Program-made: the position numbers and the translations under genes
Assembly: GCA_963768715.1 (NCBI GenBank)
Contig: CAVYJC010000007.1
Coordinates: forward strand, 79,466-143,465
DNA: 64,000 nucleotides
Direction: 5' to 3'
DNA from: an uncultured Bacteroidota bacterium
Lineage (GTDB): Bacteria; Bacteroidota; Rhodothermia; Rhodothermales; DATKEJ01
Notes under the pieces: generated by a model
What the model was told of the DNA's origin: nothing
The model's database searches: none
What the model saw: only the letters and a program-made list of their open reading frames with translations
In this document: positions 16,195-23,798 of the stretch, piece after piece
How positions within the stretch are numbered: position 1 is the first letter of the stretch
How the letters are laid out: the number at the start of each line of letters is the position of its first letter

Positions 16195-17430
16195 TTAGAC
16201 GTGCCGCATCGCTTCGACGGGCAAATACTGCCTGACCTTCCACACCGGATAGATGATCGCGAGAAAAGAAACCACGAGAACCGAGATCAGTGGCTGGAAG
16301 AACACGACGGGTCGCGTCGAGAATCCAAAGCCCTCAACGGTAAATCCGAACGATGCGTACATGTCCCTCAGGCTCTCCGACAACGGAATGGTCAGGTTCG
16401 GAAATGCAAGGGCCAGGGCGATCAGAATTGCCATGCCCGCGCCTACGCCGATCACAATCTTGATCGTGAGTTCCAGGAAGACGAGTATGCTGAGCTGGTT
16501 CGGTCGCAGCCCGATCGACTGAAGGACGCCGAACTCGCGTACGCGCTCCAGTACGGTCATCGTGGCCGTGTTGAAGATCTCGAAGCCGACGAGCAGAATC
16601 AGGAAGAGAAAGAAGATGTTGTTGCCGGCATCGTCGAACGCGCGCGCTTGTTGAAGCTCCGGCATCAGCTCTTCCCAGGTGAGGACGTCGACGTCCAGAC
16701 CGGCGGTCGCTTTGCGCAGGTCGCGGGCGTGACGGCCGGCGCTTCGAAAATCATCGCTTCGGATCACCCATTCGGTGAACCGACCGTCCATGGCAAACAG
16801 CGTTTGCGCATCCGTCATGGTCATGACCAGCATGGCACGATCAACGTCACCGGTTCCCGTAAAAAGGAGTCCCTTAATCCGGTAGACTTCGGCGCCCATC
16901 TCGTTGTGGTATCCCTGTGTGAGGACGACGAGCGTATCCCCCAATCCGACGTGAAGATTTTCGGCGAGCGTCTTTCCGACCAGAATCTCGCCCTCATCGC
17001 CGGCCGACAGGGTATCCCCGGCCACAATCCGTCGCGAAAAGTTGGCGAGTTTCCTCTCGGTTTCCGGCTCGATGCCGATGATGGCGCCGCCGACGCTCGA
17101 TGAGTCCGAGCTGATCAGGCCGAAACCTGTAAGCCGCCTGGATCGCGCCGCCGTCCAATCGACGCTTGCGAACAGGCTGTCCCAGTCCGTTTCGTCTTCC
17201 GTCAACGAATAGGCCATCGTCTGCTCGTCGCGGTAGCCCTTGCGCTGGATTTGCACTTCGCCCGTAAACATGCGCACGGCCTGTCCTTCCATCAGGTCGT
17301 AAGTCCCATACTGGACGGAGTTTGAGAGAGTGATAATCACGAGTGTGAAAATCACTGCGGACATCGTGATAAGACTTCTGCGCCGGTTGCGTCCGACGTT
17401 GCGCCAGGCCAGTTTGAGGAGTCGTTTCAT
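16195..17430 (-). CDS. ABC transporter permease, FtsX/LolC-E family (paralogue)
   Basis: 411 aa with the same architecture. The N-terminus is LAWRNVGRNRRRSLITM. Confidence 0.85.
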   Translation of the reverse strand: MKRLLKLAWRNVGRNRRRSLITMSAVIFTLVIITLSNSVQYGTYDLMEGQAVRMFTGEVQIQRKGYRDEQTMAYSLTEDETDWDSLFASVDWTAARSRRLTGFGLISSDSSSVGGAIIGIEPETERKLANFSRRIVAGDTLSAGDEGEILVGKTLAENLHVGLGDTLVVLTQGYHNEMGAEVYRIKGLLFTGTGDVDRAMLVMTMTDAQTLFAMDGRFTEWVIRSDDFRSAGRHARDLRKATAGLDVDVLTWEELMPELQQARAFDDAGNNIFFLFLILLVGFEIFNTATMTVLERVREFGVLQSIGLRPNQLSILVFLELTIKIVIGVGAGMAILIALALAFPNLTIPLSESLRDMYASFGFTVEGFGFSTRPVVFFQPLISVLVVSFLAIIYPVWKVRQYLPVEAMRHV

Positions 17431-17446
17431 CGAACCAGGCTATGGT

Positions 17447-18205
17447 TCAGTGCCGCCGCAGATTCTGCTGCGTGAACGTTCCGGAATCGATGTCCTGATT
17501 GAACGTCACGTCGCGAATCTGAAGAATTGTCTGGTTCCCCGGCTTCTTCTCTTCGGAAAGGATCATCCGCGCGGGGATCACGCGGCCGCCCATATCCTTG
17601 ATATCCTCGAAGATGAGCGTCCGAATCAGCTCTTCCCGCTCGTTGTAGTACTCGGCCCGCATGGGCACATAGTCACCGACGCGAATCCACTCCACGACGT
17701 GCGACCAGGTGACCGGGGCATCCGGCTTTGCCTTCAGGTCGAGGACCCACGTCGAATCGCCTCGAAGCGTATCGGTTCGAAGCAGGGTGTGCTCGTAGTC
17801 GTGAACGATGCTCGACTCTTTGACCAGATCGTCGTTCGTAAAATCGGAGCCCATCCATGACTGCATCATCATGGACGGCGGGATCTTGATGACGCGATTG
17901 ATGCGCGGCACGAACTGCCACATTTCGCGTCCGATCTTGAGAAAGCTCGTGCCACGATGGCGGGCCGGATCGAGAATCTCGATAAATGACTTCTCCGTTC
18001 CCTCCGACCAGAACTCGAACACCATTTCGCGCTGCCAGTCGGGCCGGACCACTGTCATGGATTCCGTGCCGTGTTGGGTCTTTCCACGCGTCAGTTGGTC
18101 GGCGCGCGTGATGATCTCTGTCGCCGTCGGTTGCGAAAGCACGTCTACGGCCGTAGCGAGAACAAGGGCCAGAAGCAGCCAGAAGATCCTGGGTACCTGA
18201 TCCAT
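17447..18205 (-). CDS. Outer-membrane lipoprotein-sorting (LolA-like) protein
   Basis: Signal peptide plus ...SFLKIGREMWQFVPRINRVIKIPPSMMMQSWMGSDFTNDDL, a motif I associate with the LolA-like family encoded next to such ABC systems. Confidence 0.75.
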   Translation of the reverse strand: MDQVPRIFWLLLALVLATAVDVLSQPTATEIITRADQLTRGKTQHGTESMTVVRPDWQREMVFEFWSEGTEKSFIEILDPARHRGTSFLKIGREMWQFVPRINRVIKIPPSMMMQSWMGSDFTNDDLVKESSIVHDYEHTLLRTDTLRGDSTWVLDLKAKPDAPVTWSHVVEWIRVGDYVPMRAEYYNEREELIRTLIFEDIKDMGGRVIPARMILSEEKKPGNQTILQIRDVTFNQDIDSGTFTQQNLRRH

Positions 18206-18510
18206 TACGATTTGGAGTCGATTTGCAGTTGTACGCCGCGTTGGGCGAGAGCCTGAATCTACGAGGCGCGAGGTCGTCGGTTACCAACTTCGCAGAAGTT
18301 CCATATGAGCGCAGAGCGGCTTGAGCGCAGAGCGCAGAGGGAGAGCGGGTCGCCGCCACGCAATTTGCGTTTTGCATCCGTCTACGCACGATGTCATCTC
18401 GCTTCGCCGGACCGGTGGCTCTCATGATTGAATTGCGCCGAAACTCACGCAAAGTCCGCAAATACCCGGTAGATCCCTTCGAGTCCGGCACGTACCCTTC
18501 AACGGAGGAT

Positions 18511-18566
18511 CATTCTGCATTCTGAACTCTGAATTAATTCTTAATTCTTAATTATTAATTACTTGC
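18511..18566. repeat. AT-rich heptamer array (CATTCTG CATTCTG AACTCTG AATTAAT TCTTAAT TCTTAAT TATTAAT TACTTGC) abutting the HPS-like gene start
   Basis: Counted directly in a 7-nt register. Confidence 0.85.
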
Positions 18567-19261
18567 ATGCGTCCAGATCGTCCAAATATCCCTCGACGTC
18601 ACCTCCATCGACGAAGCGCTCGAAACGGCCGAAATGGCGCTGCGGGCGGGAGTTGACTGGCTCGAGGCCGGCACCCCGTTAATTATTGCGGAAGGCATGC
18701 ACGGTGTACGAGCGCTCAGAGACCGGTTCCCTGAAACTCCGATCGTTGCCGATCTGAAAACGATGGACGGCGGCTGGCTCGAGGCCGAAATCATGGCGAA
18801 AGCCGGCGCGACCCAGGTGGTAGTTATGGCCAGGGCTCATGAGGAGACCATCCGTTGCGTCGTACAGGCGGGCAAGGACCTCGGCGTGGAGGTCATGGGC
18901 GACAATCTCGGCTCTGAAGACATGATCGCCGGCGCCAAGCGTCTGGAAGATTTCGGGATGCGACTACGTGATTCATCACATCGGATACGACGAGCGTCGC
19001 GGCATCGCTAAACGAGGCGAGCCGGCCCCGAATCCCCTCGACCAGCTTCGCGAGATCGTCGAAGCAGTCTCCGTGCCCGTACAGGCCGTGGGTGGATTGT
19101 CGATCGAGCAGGCGGTTGCGACCCCCTCCTACGGCGCCCCGCTCGTAGTGCTCGGCGCCCCACTGGTCATCGATGCCGATGCATTTCGAACGGCTTCCGG
19201 CAACGTCGAAGACTCCCTCCGACTGATTTGTCAGAAAGTCCACGCGTACGGAGACGTTTGA
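18567..19261 (+). pseudogene. 3-hexulose-6-phosphate synthase / 3-keto-L-gulonate-6-P decarboxylase family gene, disrupted by two apparent 1-nt frameshifts (or sequence errors)
   Basis: The conserved N-terminus VQIVQISLDVTSIDEALETAEMALRAGVDWLEAGTPLI is in the frame of ORF 18634..19011. It has no in-frame start after the stop at 18556, and the ATG at 18567 is one base out of frame. The C-terminal half (DYVIHHIGYDERR...) is in the frame of ORF 18968..19261. The switch is near 18956-18962. Confidence 0.6.
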
Positions 19262-19309
19262 AACCCTCCGCTTGCCTATTCTCAGAGATTCACACCTTTG
19301 AGGGAAGCC

Positions 19310-20338
19310 ATGCAGATGCCAGCGGTCGTCAACTTCGCCCCTGAGCCCGGCAGCGTCGACATCCGGGAAATCGATCGCCCCGCGATCGGCGAACACGACG
19401 TACTTCTCGAAGTCGGCAACGTGTCCGTTTGCGGCTCAGATCTTCATCAGTGGACCGGCACGCACAGTTGGCCGGTAAACTATCCCGTCGTGCTGGGCCA
19501 TGAGTTCGCCGGCACAATCGCCGAACTCGGTCCGAGCGTTCGCGGATTCAGAGAGGGAGATCGCGTCGTGAGCGAAACGGCAGCGGTGATCGATCCGAAC
19601 TCTCCCATGAGCCGGCGGGGACTCTACAACCTGGATCCATCCCGGAAAGGGTTCGGTTACGGCGTCAATGGCGCCATGACTCGATACGTTCGAGTCCCCG
19701 CAAGATGCCTGCACCATCTTCCCGACACCCTCGAATTCCAGCGCGCCGCCCTTACAGAACCGTGCTGCGTCGCTTACAACGCCGTCGTGACCAACGGCGA
19801 CGTGAAGCCGGGAGACCGGGTACTGGTCCTTGGACCGGGTCCGATCGGCATGCTCTGCGCGCTCATGGCGCAGCTCCATGGAGCCGACGTCGCCATCGTC
19901 GGACTGGAGCGGGATCGAACCAGGCTCGAAGTGGCATCCGGGTATGGACTTACGACGATCATCGGAAGTCCGTCATCCTGGGCAATGGAAGGCGACGGAC
20001 TCGGCGTTGACGGTGTCGTCGATGCCGCCGGAGCCTCCGCAGCCCTCAAGATCGCCCTTGATGTGGTGAGACCGGCGGGCTGGATCTCAAAAGTGGGATG
20101 GGGACCCGATCCGCTGGGTTTCTCCCTCGACCCACTGGTCCAGAAAAACGTGACGCTGCGCGGCAGTTTCAGCCACAACTGGCCCATCTGGGAGGCAGTC
20201 ATTAACCTGTTGGCTACCGAGCGTCTGGACGTGAAGCCTCTTATCGGTGGTATTTGGCCGCTCGAAAAGTGGCACGAAGCCTTCGACGAAATGCACGAAG
20301 GCCGGATCGTAAAGGCCGTGCTGGCCCCCGGGCAATAG
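19310..20338 (+). CDS. Zinc-dependent alcohol/polyol dehydrogenase (MDR family)
   Basis: Contains VCGSDLHQW, GHEFAGTI and LGPGPIGM (Rossmann fold). The ATG at 19310 follows GAGGGAAGCC. Confidence 0.85.
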   Translation: MQMPAVVNFAPEPGSVDIREIDRPAIGEHDVLLEVGNVSVCGSDLHQWTGTHSWPVNYPVVLGHEFAGTIAELGPSVRGFREGDRVVSETAAVIDPNSPMSRRGLYNLDPSRKGFGYGVNGAMTRYVRVPARCLHHLPDTLEFQRAALTEPCCVAYNAVVTNGDVKPGDRVLVLGPGPIGMLCALMAQLHGADVAIVGLERDRTRLEVASGYGLTTIIGSPSSWAMEGDGLGVDGVVDAAGASAALKIALDVVRPAGWISKVGWGPDPLGFSLDPLVQKNVTLRGSFSHNWPIWEAVINLLATERLDVKPLIGGIWPLEKWHEAFDEMHEGRIVKAVLAPGQ

Positions 20339-20351
20339 CGACTTACTGACC

Positions 20352-21131
20352 ATGGAGCTCAAGGACAAGGCAATTATCGTAACGGGAAGTACGACGGGTA
20401 TTGGCCGGGCCATCGCTCGACGGTGCGTGACGGAAGGCGCCAATGTGCTGATCCACGGACGAAACGAAAAGGCCGCCCGGGAGCTGGAGGCCGAACTCGC
20501 CCCGCACGCGATGGTCCACATCGATGACCTGGCTGATCCGCAGGCGCCGGGTCGCATCGTAGCTGCCGCCCAGCGGGCCTTTGGAAAGCTCGACTGCATC
20601 GTGAACAATGCGGCATTTATCGTTCGAGGGGACATCAGGACGACCGACGCGGCGCTCTTCGATCGCCTGATGGCGACCAATGTGCGGGCCCCTTTACTCC
20701 TGATCCAGGCCGGTCTCGACCTGCTGGCGGCCTCGAAAGGCTGCGTGCTGAACATCGGCTCGATCAACGCCTACTGCGGCGAGTCGGCGATGCTGCCGTA
20801 CAGCGTTTCGAAGGGAGCGCTGATGACGCTGTCGAGAAATCTTGGCGATGCGCTGCATTTGGAGTATGGCGTGCGCGTGAACCACTTTAACGTCGGGTGG
20901 GTGCTAACCGAAAACGAGCACCGTTATAAGATCGAGGACGGTTTGCCGGAGGACTGGCCTTCGCGCCTGCCTCACGAGGTCAATCCATCGGGAACGCTAA
21001 TCAGCCCGGAAACGATCGCTACGGCCGCCGTCTTCTGGTTGAGCGATGCTTCGCGTCCCATCAGCAGCTCGGTGGTGGAGCTGGAGCAGTGGCCGCTTAT
21101 TGGGAGGAATCTGCCAAAAGATGTCGAATAA
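20352..21131 (+). CDS. Short-chain dehydrogenase/reductase (SDR)
   Basis: Contains TGSTTGIGRAIA, NNAA and YSVSKGAL (YxxxK). Confidence 0.9.
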   Translation: MELKDKAIIVTGSTTGIGRAIARRCVTEGANVLIHGRNEKAARELEAELAPHAMVHIDDLADPQAPGRIVAAAQRAFGKLDCIVNNAAFIVRGDIRTTDAALFDRLMATNVRAPLLLIQAGLDLLAASKGCVLNIGSINAYCGESAMLPYSVSKGALMTLSRNLGDALHLEYGVRVNHFNVGWVLTENEHRYKIEDGLPEDWPSRLPHEVNPSGTLISPETIATAAVFWLSDASRPISSSVVELEQWPLIGRNLPKDVE

Positions 21132-21405
21132 CTTCAAATACCAAACTTCAAATACCAAATATGGCGGCAGGCATGTTCAATGGGTTAGCCTTGGCGATAT
21201 CTGAAAATCCCCTCTCGCCGGGACTGATCGTTATCGGCAAAGGAGAAGTTCGGTGTTTGAAGTTTGGTGTTTGGTGTTGGCCGTTGCACGTTCAAGTCTG
21301 GCGTTTGCAGTTTGACGTTTGCAGTTTCCCAGTCCCGTGCGGGTATACCGCTACTGATATTTGCTGCTACTGATATTTGCTGTTTGATATTTGATATTTG
21401 AAGTG
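21131..21405. repeat. Composite heptamer-repeat spacer with dyad symmetry
   Basis: (ACTTCAAATACCAA)x2 lies at 21131-21158 and its approximate complement GGTGTTTGAAGTTTGGTGTTTGGTGTTGG at 21252-21280. GTTTGCA/GTTTGAC units lie at 21303-21327. CTACTGATATTTGCTG x2 plus TTTGATATTTGATATTTGAAGTG lies at 21351-21405. Confidence 0.85.
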
Positions 21406-21412
21406 TGAGGCT

Positions 21413-22295
21413 ATGCCGAAGTTAGCTGCCTTCCCGAAAGCCTATCATGGACGCGCTCTGCGTCGACGGTTCGATGGATCTCGACGAATGGATCGAACTG
21501 GCGGCAACGCTGGACATCGACGGCCTCGAGTTCTATTCCGGCTTCCTCGATCTGGAGGATGAGTCCAAGTGGCTGCACTATCGGAGCATGGTCGAGCGCG
21601 CCGGACTCGAAATGCCCATGCTCTGCTGCTCACCGGACTTTTGCCACGAGGATCGCGACTTCCGTGCATCCGAAATCGAGAAGGAGAAACGCTGGATCCG
21701 GATGACGGCTGAACTCGGAGGCTCGTACTGCCGCGTACTCTCTGGCCAGCGGCGGCCCGAAATCGCCGTTTCAGACGGCATCGACTACGTCGTGGAATCG
21801 ATCAAGGCCTGTCTTTCGACCGCCAGGGCTCACGGCGTCACGCTGATCATCGAGAACCACTACAAGGACAATTACTGGACCTATCCGGAATTCGCGCAGC
21901 GGATGGACGTGTTCTGCGCCATCGTGGACAGGATCGACGATCCGAACTTTGGCGTGAATTACGACCCGTCGAATACGCTCCTCGCGGGTGAGGATCCTCT
22001 CGAACTGTTGGAAAGGGTAAAGCACCGCGTCGTTACGATGCATGCTTCCGACCGCTTTCTCAAGTACGGGACCCTGGAGGACCTGCGTAAGGAGGAGGAC
22101 GTCACCGGATACGCGGCGCGTCTCAGTCATGGTGAAATCGGGCAGGGCCTCAATGATTACGACGCGATCTTCTCAACCTTGAAGGGCGTAGGCTTCGACG
22201 GCTGGATCAGCATCGAGGACGGCGTCGAGGGAATGGATCAACTCGAGCGCAGCGTCTCCTTTTTGCGGTCACAAATGGCCCAGCACTTCGTCTGA
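21413..22295 (+). CDS. Sugar phosphate isomerase/epimerase (xylose-isomerase-like TIM barrel), apparent 1-nt frameshift after codon 11
   Basis: The main ORF 21447..22295 has GLEFY, RVLSGQ, LIIENH and NYDPSN motifs. The ATG at 21413 encodes MPKLAAFPKAY in another frame. From memory, homologues begin M(P)KLAAFPK.(Y/F)MD.LCV, so the reading frames join at about 21444-21447. Confidence 0.75.
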
Positions 22296-22441
22296 ACGCC
22301 GTTGCGACCCGGGAATTGGCCGCTTTCAAAAAGTCTTCGAGTGAACGACTGGCACCGAGACTTGCACCGTCCCTGTGAGCGCAATATTATCGCATCGGCG
22401 ACAAGCCAAATCGTTACGAACACGAAAAAGGAAGCAGCATC

Positions 22442-22786
22442 ATGACGAACCCGAAGTTTCAGATCTACCAGACCAAGACCGGTAAATTCCGGTTCAAACT
22501 CAATGCCGTGAACGGACAATGCATCCTGACGAGCCAGAGCTACGCCAGCAAGGCATCGACTAAAGCGGGGATTGCATCGGTCCAGAAGAACTCCGCCAGC
22601 GAGGCACAGTTCGTCAAGGACGTCGCCAAGAACGGTCAGTTCTACTTCAATCTCATCGCTGCGAACAAGCAGGTCGTTGGAACGAGCGAGATGTACACGA
22701 CCAAGGCCGCGTGCACGAATGGCGTGAAGGCGGTGATGCGGGATGCGCCGAAGGCCGGCGTGGAAGACACTACTGTAAAGTCGTAG
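22442..22786 (+). CDS. yegP: YegP-family protein (two DUF1508 repeats)
   Basis: Contains FQIYQTKTGKFRFKLNAVNGQCILTSQSYASKASTKAGIASVQKN and a second repeat, GQFYFNLIAANKQVVGTSEMYTTKAACTNGVKAV. Confidence 0.85.
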   Translation: MTNPKFQIYQTKTGKFRFKLNAVNGQCILTSQSYASKASTKAGIASVQKNSASEAQFVKDVAKNGQFYFNLIAANKQVVGTSEMYTTKAACTNGVKAVMRDAPKAGVEDTTVKS

Positions 22787-23047
22787 GTCCGGGAGCTGCC
22801 CCGAACAGGCGAGCACGGGTTCTGAGATACCAGCAGGCGTGTCTGTCGCCCGGAGGGGTCCGTGGTCCGTGGTCCGGTAGCCCGAATTGCTGCCAGGCAG
22901 TGATCACGGACCATTCCAGTTTTTGCAATAACGGAATACACCGTTGGCATGCCTCCAGAACCACTTCGCTCGTGAATCCCGACTTCGGTCAGTTCGTCTG
23001 AAAACTGCAGTGGGCCCGGCATCCGAAACACCGGGAGTCTCAAACCA

Positions 23048-23629
23048 CTATTGCTCCTGCTTCTCGTTGGGAGTCTCCTCCTCCACATCGGCCGTCTGCG
23101 GTTCGGGCGCCGGGGGGGCCATTGCCGCATTCATGCTCAGATAGGCATCGATAAACTGATCAACCTGACCGACGACTTCGGAAGGAAGTGTGGGAAGACG
23201 GAATTTCCCGGCCTTGTCGACTCTGCTCGTTTGCCACGTCGACGCACTCGCATAGGACGGAAGCTCACCTTCACCAACATCTACCGTAACATTCTGAAAA
23301 AACTGCACCTCTGAGTTGTAGAAATAGACCGGATCGGCTGCCACGAAATCGAGTTTGATGAGCAGCGTAGGGCCGCGCGGATCCATCGTGAGCTCACCCA
23401 GGCCAAGCACCGGCACGCCTTTCTTGACGAGTCGGTCCTCGACGGCGCTTTTGATCCCAGTGGACGTAAGCCCGGCCTGTCGGACGGCCGGATTCAGCTC
23501 TTCGACGACAACGTGCACGCCGTGCAGACCGCGCAGCGACTCAGCCGTACTTCTAGCGGCAATTCCTTGAGATCGAACAACGCTTGCTGTCGACAGCAAC
23601 GCCAGCAATGCAAACAGAAATCGGTGCAT
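23048..23629 (-). CDS. Hypothetical secreted protein
   Basis: 193-aa ORF with signal MHRFLFALLALLSTASVVRSQG and an acidic, Pro-rich tail. Confidence 0.55.
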   Translation of the reverse strand: MHRFLFALLALLSTASVVRSQGIAARSTAESLRGLHGVHVVVEELNPAVRQAGLTSTGIKSAVEDRLVKKGVPVLGLGELTMDPRGPTLLIKLDFVAADPVYFYNSEVQFFQNVTVDVGEGELPSYASASTWQTSRVDKAGKFRLPTLPSEVVGQVDQFIDAYLSMNAAMAPPAPEPQTADVEEETPNEKQEQ

Positions 23630-23798
23630 CTTACTCCCTCTCGTGGTATCCCTACTGCTTCAAGGTTACTCCAGACACCCGGTCAGGTGCAAATGTACGG
23701 AATTTGACGGCGTCCTCGCATACGGCGTGACCCTACGACCCCGCGCCGTACATCAGCGGTCGACGAACGGCGCCGTAAATAGCTCGCCTGGCGTGACC

